From positions 19,116 through 83,115 of the forward strand of contig CAVZJH010000053.1 of NCBI GenBank assembly GCA_963775535.1: 64,000 nucleotides of DNA, written 5' to 3'. Origin of the DNA: an uncultured bacterium (lineage in GTDB: Bacteria; Armatimonadota; UBA5829). Each line of letters opens with the position of its first letter. Position 1 is the stretch's first letter. The translations under genes were made by a program, and so were the position numbers. Below, piece by piece: positions 31,705-42,646 of this stretch. The notes under the pieces were generated by a model. The model was not told the origin of the DNA. It saw only the letters and a program-made list of their open reading frames with translations, and ran no database searches.

Positions 31705-31995
31705 ATGAAACGACACGGCGCAGGCAAAAACACTGACGTGCGCAAACGAACGGAAACCGAGGTCGCCCGGCCTTTCGGGCCGTTAACAGACATAGAAATA
31801 GAAGATATTCGCCAGGCATACCGCGGCGGATGCAAAGGCGAGATGGTCATAGGCATGCGTGGGGACGAGCGAGTTATAACAATGCTTGTTCCTGCGCAGT
31901 CTACCCCGGACACTGCGGAAGCCCAAATCCAACAAAGCATAACAAAACTCCGGGCGATGGGCTGTGAACGGTATGTTCGCGTAAGGCGGCGCTGA
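31705..31995 (+). CDS. Small hypothetical protein after recombinase 2
   Basis: RBS aggag; co-oriented, 36 bp after the recombinase stop. Confidence 0.55.
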   Translation: MKRHGAGKNTDVRKRTETEVARPFGPLTDIEIEDIRQAYRGGCKGEMVIGMRGDERVITMLVPAQSTPDTAEAQIQQSITKLRAMGCERYVRVRRR

Positions 31996-32318
31996 AGCTC
32001 TGACTGCACCAAATCGCCGGTAGGAAGCTGGTGTAAGTGGCTTCTCCAAACAGCCAGTAAATTTGATTATCAAAGTCACGCCCTCGGCAACGCCCTCATC
32101 TCCTGACTATACATTGGCTTAGCGAATCAGCCGAACAATTCTTACACAAACGCCAAAAGGCCCTTGCGTTCAAGCACATTGTGGGATATACTCCAGGTAT
32201 GCCCGAGTAATTCAAGGGATGCGGATTTGCAGTTCTTGAAATGCCCGGGCTTTATTCGGTAATGGGGATGAGGATGGGCTTAGATATGAGAAACGGTTTG
32301 TCTGGATCAGGCAGTAGT

Positions 32319-33765
32319 ATGAAGTTGGCTATCTTCATGGCAGTGTTGGGTTTACTGATCGCGGTTTCGGCTTGTGCCACAGCCGGTATGACGATCTCCG
32401 ACGCAAAGCAATCGTCTGACAATTCGTCTATCAGCCTGACGGGCAAGGTGGTCACCTATGCTTCTACAAACTTCTTTTACATCGAGGAAGACTCCAGAAC
32501 GACAGGCATCATGGTTCAGATGGCTGCTCACGGTCTGACGGTTGGTATGAGGGCTGATGTCTCCGGCACTATGAAGACCAACACGAGCAGAGAGAGATAC
32601 GTTCTTGCGACCAGTGCCGTGCAGACGGCTGCGCCTAATTCTACCGGAACGATTACACCTGTTGGTATGAACAACAATGCTATCGGTGGAAGTGATTGGA
32701 AGGTTATCGGAACCGGGGGTCAAAAAAGGAACAACCAGCTCTATCGGTCTGAACAACACCGGCTTGCTTGTCAAGACCTGGGGTGCGTTCCAGCAGATTA
32801 ATTCGACCACATTTACTGTGGATGATGGTTCAGGACCGGTGAACTGCACCGTTCCAACAGGCACCTTTCTCTACTCCGGGTGGCAGTATGTCAGCGTAAC
32901 CGGGATAAGCTCCACATTCAAGGTACAATAGCGCAGTTTACCTGCCTAACCTTCTGGTATGCGATATCAATGTGTTGTCCGGACTCGGCGAGATGATCTA
33001 CATCCCCGCAGGTTCTTTCCTGATGGGCAACTCAGGCGTTGGCGATGACGCAACGTATGGCAACTCAGACGAGTTCCCTCAGCACTCAGTGACTCTTTCT
33101 GGTTACTACATCGGCAAGTATGATGTGACGAGAGGGAGTATGCTCAGTTTATGAATGCCGGCGGTTATTCCATCCCAGTCTTACTGGTCAAGCGATGGAT
33201 GGAATTGGGTAGTGAGCAACAACGCCAAGCAGCCACAGTACTGGGCAGCGGTTCAGAACTCGGGGCACTCCTCCAGGCACATTCACCCAGACGGACAGCT
33301 ACCCCGTGGTGGGCGTGACCTACTATGAAGCCGAAGCCTTCTGCAACTGGGCTGGTGGCCATCTGCCTACAGAGGCTCAGTGGGAAATGGCTGCTCGTTG
33401 GACAGGGAGCCATCCAAATATATACCCGTGGGGCGACACGTGGGACGAGGAGAAATGCAACAATTGGGACGATACGCTGTTTCCGGGCTGGCAGACGAGT
33501 CCAGTGGGGAGCTACCGAGTGGCGCGAGTCCTTGTGGCCGCATGGTATGGCAGGTAACGTGTGGCAATGGGTGCAGGACTGGTATGTGTCTTATCCTGGA
33601 AGCACAAGCCCGTTTGACTATACAGGCAGCTCTCGTGTCCTGCGGGGCAGTAGTTGGGGCGACTACTTCAGCTTAATCGACGTCAACGACTCCCGATGCG
33701 CCTCCCGCGACTACGTTAACCCGGGCTTCATTTACCACGGCTTCGGGTTCCGTCTATCCCGCTAG
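32319..33765 (+). CDS. Secreted FGE-sulfatase (C-type lectin fold) protein, copy 1, with several frameshifts
   Basis: Signal peptide, [12 protein letters not shown] domain, [40 protein letters not shown]. Confidence 0.85.
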
Positions 33766-33916
33766 TCTTGCCCTTTTCTCTTTTACCCTTTTGCGCTTTA
33801 CAAAAGAGAAGAGGTTAAGGTAAAGAAGATGAGCATAGGGTCGAGTGAATGGGTTCCAAGGGCGTAGCCCTTGGTCGGTTCACATTCGGACCTTGTTTCG
33901 ATGGGGAGGTTTCAGT

Positions 33917-35668
33917 ATGAGAAAGTGCTTTGATATCGTGGTCTTGGGATTACTGCTCGCGATTGCGGCTTGTGCCGCAGCCGGTATGACGATCTCCGAC
34001 GCGAAGCAATCGGCTGACAATTCGTCTATCAGCCTGACAGGCAAGGTAATCACCTATGCTTCCACTGACTCTTTCTACATCGAGGAAGATAACAGGTCGA
34101 CGGGCATCATGGTTCAGATGACTGCCCACGGTCTGACAGTTGGTATGAGGGCTGATGTTTCCGGCACAGTGAAAACCAACACGAGCAGAGAGAGATACAT
34201 CCAGGCTTCCGGTGCGGTGCAGACGGCTGCGCCTAATTCTGCCGGCACAATTTCGCCCGTTGGTATGAACAATAATGCGCTCGGCGGAACTGACTGGCAG
34301 GTTGTAGGAGCCGGTGGTCAAAAAGGAACCAGCAACTCAATCGGTCTGAACAACATCGGCTTGCTTGTGAACACGTGGGGAGCCTACCAGCAGGTTAATG
34401 CGACGACGTTTACTGTGGATGATGGTGCCGGTCTGAATATACAATGCACGGTTCCCACGGGCACCTTTCTTTACTCTGGGTGGCAGTATGTTGCTGTAAC
34501 CGGCATAAGCTCGATATATAAGTTTAACAGTTCTATATACCCGCCTAACATTCTGGTTAGTGATATTGATGTAGTGTCGCCCGTAGAGGCAGTCTCTGTC
34601 CCCGGCACGCCCATCGGCAACACTGGTACTGCTGAAAATGTCAGCACTACATACTCCACCACCGGCGCGACAGACAATTGGGGACAGACGGTTGAGTACA
34701 GCTTCGATTGGGGAGACGGCACTTCGTCGCCGTGGTCCACCTCGACCAGCGCCTCACATGCGTGGAGCACGGCGGGGACCGTGGCAGTAATGGTCACGGC
34801 AAGGAGCCAAGCGCATCCAAACGTAGCGACGGTATCGACCGGGCTGCCGGTGAATGTGGTTAGTTCTCCATACCCTGGCACGATGATCTACATCCCCGCC
34901 GGTTCTTTCCTGATGGGCAATTCAGGCGTTGGCGATGACGCGACCCTTGGCTACTCAGACGAATTCCCTCAGCACTCTGTGACCCTTGCCGCCTACTACA
35001 TCGGCGAGTATGATGTGACCAGAGGCGAGTATGCTCAGTTCATAATTGCCGGTGGTTATTCCACCCAGTCTTACTGGTCAAGCGCAGGTTGGAGTTGGAA
35101 AGTAAGCAACAACGCCACGCAGCCTCAATATTGGGCAGCAGTGCAGAACTGGGGAACGGGGAACTTTACCCAGACTGATAGCTATCCGGTTGTGGGCGTC
35201 ACCTACTACGAGGCGGAGGCATTTTGCAACTGGGCCGGGGGCCATTTGCCGACCGAGGCTCAGTGGGAGATGGCTGCGCGTTGGACGGGCAGCCACCCGA
35301 ACATCTATCCCTGGGGAGACACTTGGGACCCGGAGAAGTGCAACAACTACTACGACCATAACGCGGCAGGGGGCGGCTATGAGGCAGAACAGATGAGTCC
35401 GGTAGGGAGTTATCCATCTGGTGCAAGTCCCTGTGGGTGTCAGGATATGGCTGGCAACGCGTGGCAATGGGTGCAGGACTGGTATGTGTCTTATCCTGGA
35501 AGCACAAGCCCGTTCGACTTTACAGGCAGCTATCGTGTCTTTCGGGGCGGTAGTTTTCTCAGCAACGGCAGCTATGCCACCGTCCGATGCGCCTGCCGCA
35601 GCGCCAGCGGCCTCGAAGCAGGACCGAGCGGCTATAGCGTCAACATCGGGTTCCGTCTGGCCCGCTAG
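33917..35668 (+). CDS. Secreted FGE-sulfatase (C-type lectin fold) protein with PKD domain, copy 2
   Basis: Paralog of copy 1 with an added PKD domain (YSFDWGDGT); [23 protein letters not shown]. Confidence 0.92.
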   Translation: MRKCFDIVVLGLLLAIAACAAAGMTISDAKQSADNSSISLTGKVITYASTDSFYIEEDNRSTGIMVQMTAHGLTVGMRADVSGTVKTNTSRERYIQASGAVQTAAPNSAGTISPVGMNNNALGGTDWQVVGAGGQKGTSNSIGLNNIGLLVNTWGAYQQVNATTFTVDDGAGLNIQCTVPTGTFLYSGWQYVAVTGISSIYKFNSSIYPPNILVSDIDVVSPVEAVSVPGTPIGNTGTAENVSTTYSTTGATDNWGQTVEYSFDWGDGTSSPWSTSTSASHAWSTAGTVAVMVTARSQAHPNVATVSTGLPVNVVSSPYPGTMIYIPAGSFLMGNSGVGDDATLGYSDEFPQHSVTLAAYYIGEYDVTRGEYAQFIIAGGYSTQSYWSSAGWSWKVSNNATQPQYWAAVQNWGTGNFTQTDSYPVVGVTYYEAEAFCNWAGGHLPTEAQWEMAARWTGSHPNIYPWGDTWDPEKCNNYYDHNAAGGGYEAEQMSPVGSYPSGASPCGCQDMAGNAWQWVQDWYVSYPGSTSPFDFTGSYRVFRGGSFLSNGSYATVRCACRSASGLEAGPSGYSVNIGFRLAR

Positions 35669-35968
35669 TCTTGCCCTTTTCTCGCTTGCTATGGAGATGT
35701 TTTCAGACGCTAACGGGCAGAGGAGCCGATGATAAGCAATCGAACGCATCCTCCACCTGTAAACCAGATGGAGGATGCCGTTATCGCATCAGCACTCGCT
35801 GAACTCTTCGCCGGTATTAAGGCACTTCCCTGTAATGTGACAAGAGTTGAGAGAACGTTGCACCGGCCAGGGCCTACGCATACGAATTTGTTATGTGACG
35901 ATGCATGCGCTAGTTGACGATTATTACGATTAGGCAGTATTGCATTGTGTGTCGAAGCAGTCAGTATA

Positions 35969-36934
35969 TCAGCAGGGGGTTCCCTCCACGCTTATGGTGC
36001 AGTCCTTCTCGACTTTGCGGTAAAGCCGCATCGACACGTCGCATGTTGTGGGCGGCAGCGGCATAAGAAACGGCTTTTCGGTGGCGAACATATCGCAGAC
36101 CTTTTCGCCGGTCGTGCCGTGGATGCGGTGGGACTTCTCCTCAAGAAACTCAAGCAGGTCCCGGTTAGCCGTCTCAATGTCCGTGAAGCTGTAGCCCCTC
36201 CAGAATCCCTCCCGGATGAAGTCCATAGGTCGCTCAACCTTCCCCTTCACCCACGGCGAGTATGCCGGAGCCACCTCGGGTGTAAAGCCGTAGTGGTCAG
36301 CAAGCGCCATCAAGGCTTGTGTGAACTGAGCCTTGCCCGCGAGTTTCCTGATGAAGACGTTCCGCATCCGGTCATAGAGGATCTCAGCCGGAACACCGCC
36401 GAAATGGGCAAAGCCGCGCTGGTGAGCATCGAGGAAGCTCGTCATGTCGCAGCGGGTGAGAAACTCACAATACGGAGTCCTCGAGAAGCCCAGTATCATG
36501 GCAAACTTGTAGAGGGTCCTCTCGACCCCATCCGGCTGGACTACCTTGAAATCCCCGAAGTCCACCTGAGCCTGTCTTCCAGGCTCTGTCTCGAAGCGAA
36601 GATACGCTATCCGGCTTCTCTCCTGCTTTATCCCTCTGACCAGGTCCTTCACTATCGTGTAGCTGCCGGTGTATCCCAGCTTCCTGATCTGGTCGAGTAT
36701 CCAGCTTGCATGATACTGACCATCATCCTCAAGCCAGCTCTCTATCACCGGCACAAACGGGTCCAGAATGCTCTCCCGCTCTACCTTTGCCCGGCCCTGC
36801 CCGATAAGCTCAGGGTTCTCCGCATAACGCTTGACGGTCCGCCGATCCCGTCCGCTCTTTCGGGCGATCTCTCGATACGAATGCCCCTGGCGGTGAAAAT
36901 AACTGATGTCCACTTTGTTCTCCCGTGATACCAT
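35969..36934 (-). pseudogene. istA: IS21 transposase, C-terminally truncated
   Basis: RFETEPGRQAQVDFG, GGVP.EILYD, KGKVER, HGTT; ends at 321 aa. Confidence 0.9.
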
Positions 36935-37076
36935 AATACTGACTCCCTGGTTGGTCTTCTCAACTTAACCATCGGAGTCAACGGGCGGAAGAGACATCTC
37001 CTCCGCCCAACACTAAATCACGGGTGGTACATTTTCACTCCGCCGTATTTGGATCATTTTACCGCCGCCGCCGACA
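35969..37076 (-). mobile_element. Truncated IS21-family element
   Basis: Terminal TGTCGGCGGCGGCGGTAAAATGATCCA with a second internal repeat at 37076-37023. istA is 3'-truncated; no istB or second end is seen. Confidence 0.88.
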
Positions 37077-39636
37077 TGTGTCCCAACGCAATAGATTGTC
37101 ACTTCTCCCCAACCAGCTATAAACATTGTGCTCAAGCCTCTTATCGTCCTGCAGTAGCTGCTTGGCTTCCAAGTAGACCTCCGAAAAGTGCATTGGCCGA
37201 CCGGCGTTCTTTAGTATGCTCTCCACCATCTGAACGCGCGAGCCACGCCTTGAGGCCCAAGTGTTGCGGCTGTAGACAACCCCATCTTCCGTCAACACGC
37301 TTTCGGTCTGTTTGGATGTGAGAATAACAAAGCCCTCGGACAGCGCTAATGATGCGGCATACTCAGCGCATTCGTCGATTGCGGCACATTCTGAAAGGAG
37401 GTCTCTGATCACATCTGATAAAGGCCGCTCGGATTTGTCTTCAGCAAACAAATCTTCCAGGCAGAATGCTGCTATGTCGCACTCAAAACACCTATGCTGC
37501 GGGTCGCAGACCAGGCCTTCCACCTTATCAATGGTGATGTCCTCGCGGAGGCGCAGTAATGATGCGAATGCCTTATAGTTTGGCTTCTGTTCCCACTCCA
37601 GTTTATTGGCTACCTGCTCAGCCAGTTCGCCAATTAGGCATGCGCCGCCGGCGATGCGAAGTGTCTCGTCTACCGCAGTCCAAAGTCTGGCCAGCTTAGT
37701 CATCTTGCTGGGGGATTTGAGGGTCTTGAGTTCTTTCCGCTCAATCTGCCGCACTCTCTCCCTTGTCAATCCAAGGAGATTGCCCAGATCATCGAGGGTC
37801 CACTTTCGATTATCAAGCAAGCCTAAGCGACCGAGAAGAACAGTCTTCTGACGGGACGACTTCGCGACGAGATCTATGAATGCTCGCATCATTGAGTCAA
37901 AGCTGGCAAAGCACTCAAGCGGAAGTCCGGAGACGCGCATGCTGGCTTCGTGCGCGTATCGCTTCATTTGCCAAAGATCATGCATGTGGTAGAAAGCTGC
38001 TAGAGACAGACCATACGATGTGAGTATCGCGCTTTCTGTCATGCCTGTGAGATCGCCCCACGCAACCAACCCTTCTTGATGCAGACGCCACAACAACTCC
38101 TGAGGTGCCCCAAACGAATCCACGCGGAATGTGCGAATGGTTGCCACCTCCGGCTCGGTCACGACCACGTCGGCTGATGCGACGAACGCACCAGTATCAG
38201 GGCACCGTTCTTTGGTACACGACTCATAAAGTAGTTTGAACTCATCAATTATGATCTCGAACGTCTTGGGAGTTATCTCTAGTTCGACAAAATAACTGAT
38301 GCTCAGGAATAGAAGCACATCCAACGTATCGTCTTCGAAAATCGCCGCTGCTGCCAGCCTCGCAATGTCTTCAGGTGGAATGTTGAGTCTCGATAGTGAC
38401 CACTGACTGGCAACATCCAGTATCGCCTCTCGGCTTTCGGCGTTCAATCGGAACAGGTCCGGTATCGTCCGCCGGAGAACGCTCCAGAAAGAAGGGTCGT
38501 CAATTCTACGCTCGACCGGTGTTGGCTCCTGTAAAGTACGCGCAGCCAGTTGATGAGTTTTGTGAATGAAACTGATGAGGGCTCGCTTGTCGAACGTAGG
38601 CTCTTGGCCGTTCGCCGAATAATCCGCAAGGATGCTCTTGACGCTGCTTTGCATTTCCAATACTTCTGCGGTTGTCTTCTCGCCAGAGTTATGGAAGAGC
38701 CGGATTTCTCCCGATTCGAGGGACAGGAAACGCTCTAGATCTTGGATCTCGTTGCAGACGAGAACATTGCGAGCTCTTGTTCCTAAAGCATCTAACACGG
38801 TGTGGAAGAGACGTATGGTGCCTCGCGGACGTGCTTCATCGTCCGCCAAGACGACCTGCGAGCAAGCTGGCTGCGGGACCGGTGGTGCTGATGCAATTGT
38901 AGGAGGACGAGCATGGTCCACCAATGCATCAGTAGCCGACGATCCTTTCCTGCTCTCCGCCAGGCGTTCGAGAAGTTCTCTAACAGTAATAGACCTCCCT
39001 TGGCCTGAGTAGCAGGCGATCAAGTCCTTGAGCTCGCTTTGTATCCTGAGAATGTCTCCTACGGTTTTGCTACCACAATTGTAGAGGTCTACCAGGCTCA
39101 TGTTGTTCAATACTAAGAAAGCTTTCAAGATCTCTGACCGACTTGTGGTAAATCACACTTCTGCCGCGTGTGGTAAGACTATCGAGAACAATTTGAAAGA
39201 GCTGACTGTCATCCTCGCCATCCAAAAACAGAATTTCGCATGCAGGGACTAGCTCGGTGTTGGGCTGCGCCGGCTCGGGCGCTGAGACATCCTTGGACAG
39301 AGATGTCAATTTTTCAGGTTGGCCACCGGCGCGCTGCCGCCCCATCTCCTGGGCAGACAAGAGCTCTGCAACAACATCGGGTGAAACGCCGGTGAAGGCA
39401 TCCGGGTCCAGCTCCAAGAATGCATTCAGATCTCTGACGCCATGAGCCACTACAAAACCGAACGCCCTCACGCTCAAGCTACGCAGAATACTTTCGAATA
39501 GCTCACTTTTGTCGCCCAGGACGGAAGTCACCGGTACGTATCTCCAATGTTGAAGTAGGTCTGGCCAAACGTTAACGCGTTTGCGTGATCTGGAGCAAGG
39601 TCCAAGCACATTATAACATAGCTCGTTGACAAACAA
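37077..39636 (-). pseudogene. Protein with RNAP alpha-CTD-like repeats, a sigma70 region-4 HTH and a HARE-HTH-like domain; frameshift ~39125, 3' end cut by IS21
   Basis: LSVRA/LTTRG/LGTRARNVL...G.KT repeats; TLDDLGNLLGLTRERVRQIE; ILKNAGRPMHFSEV. Confidence 0.78.
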
Positions 39637-39972
39637 ATGTTAGCGACCTATGAAAGCCGCACAACCATTCGTTACCTGTTGCATGCCCGACTGGAACGAA
39701 GGAATGAACGGATGGAGGTGGTTGCATAGGTTTTCGAGCTAGTCTTCATTGCAAATGGCCGGACAGGTGTTCTTGCGTAATAAAACCTCTCACGGCAACC
39801 AACCCATCCTGAATGATTTGCAACTTCATCAAGCACGAGACTATAGCCATAACGGTTCAATCGGCCTCCGCCTGCGTTCCCCCGATGGGCAAACGAGGAG
39901 GTTTGAGGGTCTACGTCCAAACCACAGTAAGAGCGGGACTTTTCCAGATGGGAACGCATTATGAGATACTGC

Positions 39973-39997
39973 AGAGGGTTAGGGTGAGGGTGGAAAC
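39973..39997 (-). repeat. Half REP-like element at the island's right boundary
   Basis: Reverse complement gtttccaccctcaccctaaccctct matches gtttccaccctcaccc at 15876. Confidence 0.7.
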
Positions 39998-40012
39998 CTG
40001 ATCCCGCGCCCA

Positions 40013-42646
40013 TCATCTATTAAACAAAACAGTCTGTACCCTGAATCCCGGCATTCGGAACTTGACTGTGTTGCCGTGCACTTCGGGTTTTGTCTCGATG
40101 GGTTCTTCGTTCATATTCGCCAGAGCGGCGGATTCGAACTTGTGCGCGAGGGTTATCGCTGCTTCGACCTCGTCCGGGGTCGTGTTGAGCACTCGCACCA
40201 CCAGGGCATCCGCGTTTTCCGCCTTCTTGACCGCCGTTACCACCAGGTTTTCCGGGAAGACGCTCACAAACGACTGGCTCTTCGGCATCTCGCCCGTTTG
40301 AACTTTGGTCAGCATCGCCCTCAGGGGAGCGTTGTGCTGGTGCGCCTGCTGCCACACCTTCGCCCTCCTCCAGTTGCCCTTGTATGGCGCCACGGCATAA
40401 TTGAACACGTGTTTCCCGGGGCATTGCGCTTCCGGCGTGGCAATTGTCGGGCCGGCGTTGCTCGGGCGCTCCTTAAAGTCATCTCGTGAAAGCCAACCGC
40501 AGCACCGCAGGAGGGTCTGGGCGTAAGTGCAGGTCTCATCCCTGATGATCTCGTATTCCGGCAAGCCCTGGTTGATCACGGCGATGCCGCAGTCGGTCCC
40601 GTCTATGGCGACGAACGACTGCACCGGCTTCTGTGCGACGGGCTTTTCGACCCATCCCTCACCGCTCGGCAGGTCAAGGGAGCGCTCCACCACGTCGAAC
40701 TGCCCCTCGGCAAAGACTTTGTCTACCGCGAACCCTGCGGGAAAGTGAGCGCGAAGCCTGTGGTCCTTTGCGTTGTTCTCCAGCACCGTTACTATATCTA
40801 CCCTCGGCAGGCCCGCGTGCAGCGTAACATACACCACCACCGGGCACTCGATGGTCCTTTCGGTCCTGGACATGCGGTCGTCGGTGAGCGATTCAGGCAG
40901 GTTCAGCGCCAGGTCGCAGCGTATGGTGCTGATGCCGGGGCCGCGATGGACGATACTCATCGTGCCTCTCGCCCCTTCCGAGGTGATCGTGCGCGAATTG
41001 CAGGCGGTGCCGTAGTTGTATTCGTCGCCCGCATCCTCCGTATCCTCGAGCAGGTTGAGGTTTTGGTAAGTGGTGCGGGTGTGCTTGTGGAAAAGGTCGA
41101 ATGTGCCGTTCGCGCGCACTATGAGCCTCACAAAGTCATTCTCGAGGTGTCCTATACCGGTCTTGAGCGGCGACGAAATGTTGGCTTCTCCCTGCTCCAG
41201 ATAATAGGTCTTATAGCCGAGGGATGGGACAGCGTTGCCGGTGAAATACACGTCTCCGCTCCAGAGCGCGCGGCGGCTGTCCAACTCCTGAATGTGGTCG
41301 TTCGCGACGTGGGTTGCCACGGGGGCGCCGCTTGTATCCCTGACGGTGTAGCGCGGGACCTTGTCGCCCGGAGCCAGAGGTCTCTCTACCCGGACTTTCA
41401 CTGTGTCGGTCACATTCCAGGCGTGCGGGTTGAAGACGACAATCGCTTCAGCGCTCTCGGCAATGCCTTCTCCGGCGGTATCCACACTGCCCGCGAGGAA
41501 TGTCAGCGCTTCTTTGGCCATCGCCTCGCCTATTTGCTGCGATTGGTCGAACCGGGACATCATCTCGCGGTGGACTTGATCGATGCTGCATCCGCAGATC
41601 GAGTCGTGGGGGTGGTTCTTTATAAGGAGCTTCCACGCTTCCCACAGGAACTGAGAATCGTGATCGCCGCCGCTCAGCCAGGCAAGCGCGCTCGCGGGCT
41701 CCGCCCATTTCTCGAGGAGGGTCTGGGTCCGCTCGTTGGCCTGCTTTATGTACATACGAGAAGACAACACTCCCGGCAGAAGCTGCCAGAACTTGCCCCT
41801 GTGGAACTCGCCTTTGAATGTTTTGAGCTTCGGTTTCTCCGCCAGCACCCTGGCCGCGTAATCCTCATAGGTCGAGTGGATTACTTCGCCGTTTTCAAGG
41901 CGCTCGTTCACATACTTTATGATCTCGGGCAATTCGGGCTGAGGGTCCAGGTGATCACAGCCGTTGTTGAGCAGGAGGAACCTGGTGGAGGCCTTTTTCG
42001 ACAGGCTTTCTATCTGGTCTTTTATGGTCTTGAGCGCCAGCTCGAAGTTAACGACCGGCTTGCCGTCAACCCACTCATAGCCCAGGTAGATGGCGTTGAA
42101 GTAACCGTTGGGCTGGTTTATCGCGAGTATTTGCGTGCCGTCCGGCGCTTCCCACCAGAACTCGGAGTTCATCGCGTCGGCTTCGTCGCCCATTCCGCGC
42201 ATGAAGATCACATTCGGGATGCCGAAGCCCGCCAGTATCTGCGGAAGCTGCGAGAGGTGGCCGAAGGGATCGGGAATGTATCCCGCTTTCATCGTGCGTC
42301 CGAACGCTTCGCTGATCTTGTGGCCGATCATCAGGTTGCGCAGCGTCGCCTCCGCGCTCACCAGGAATTCGTCCGGAAGAATATACCAGGGGCCGACCAG
42401 TATCCGGCCTTCCTCTATATACTTTTTAAGATGCTCTCGCTGGTGGGGGCGTATCTGGAGGTAGTCTTCGAGGACTACCGTCTGGCCGTCGAATGTGAAT
42501 GACGTGAACTCGGGATCGGTATCCAGGATATGGAGCAGCTTGTCCGTCATCTTGACGAGCTTGATCCTGAACTCCTGGAACGGCAGGTACCATTCGCGGT
42601 CCCAGTGGGTTTCGGGCACAAGAATCAGCGTATATTTATCCGGCAT
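40013..42646 (-). CDS. GH38 alpha-mannosidase
   Basis: THWDREWY, FDGQ, GPWYILPDEFL, PDPFGH, HDSICGCSID; RBS ggagg before MPDKY. Confidence 0.95.
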   Translation of the reverse strand: MPDKYTLILVPETHWDREWYLPFQEFRIKLVKMTDKLLHILDTDPEFTSFTFDGQTVVLEDYLQIRPHQREHLKKYIEEGRILVGPWYILPDEFLVSAEATLRNLMIGHKISEAFGRTMKAGYIPDPFGHLSQLPQILAGFGIPNVIFMRGMGDEADAMNSEFWWEAPDGTQILAINQPNGYFNAIYLGYEWVDGKPVVNFELALKTIKDQIESLSKKASTRFLLLNNGCDHLDPQPELPEIIKYVNERLENGEVIHSTYEDYAARVLAEKPKLKTFKGEFHRGKFWQLLPGVLSSRMYIKQANERTQTLLEKWAEPASALAWLSGGDHDSQFLWEAWKLLIKNHPHDSICGCSIDQVHREMMSRFDQSQQIGEAMAKEALTFLAGSVDTAGEGIAESAEAIVVFNPHAWNVTDTVKVRVERPLAPGDKVPRYTVRDTSGAPVATHVANDHIQELDSRRALWSGDVYFTGNAVPSLGYKTYYLEQGEANISSPLKTGIGHLENDFVRLIVRANGTFDLFHKHTRTTYQNLNLLEDTEDAGDEYNYGTACNSRTITSEGARGTMSIVHRGPGISTIRCDLALNLPESLTDDRMSRTERTIECPVVVYVTLHAGLPRVDIVTVLENNAKDHRLRAHFPAGFAVDKVFAEGQFDVVERSLDLPSGEGWVEKPVAQKPVQSFVAIDGTDCGIAVINQGLPEYEIIRDETCTYAQTLLRCCGWLSRDDFKERPSNAGPTIATPEAQCPGKHVFNYAVAPYKGNWRRAKVWQQAHQHNAPLRAMLTKVQTGEMPKSQSFVSVFPENLVVTAVKKAENADALVVRVLNTTPDEVEAAITLAHKFESAALANMNEEPIETKPEVHGNTVKFRMPGFRVQTVLFNR

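Larger units (their letters stand above)
16467..39972. mobile_element. Serine-recombinase integrative defence island, ~23.5 kb
   Basis: TGC core at 16466-16468 and 39970-39972. Internal 11-bp inverted repeats CATAATGCGTT (16476-16486) and AACGCATTATG (39953-39963) each lie 7 bp from a central GC. REP halves lie outside both ends. Cargo includes RM genes and two large serine recombinases. Confidence 0.75.

Noticed and set aside
40745-42502. Long antisense ORFs (also 4924-5868, 15020-16357, 24392-25453, 35945-36928, 45213-46523, 62816-63811)
   Set aside because: Shadow frames of GC-rich genes or read-through of repeats; no protein motifs.
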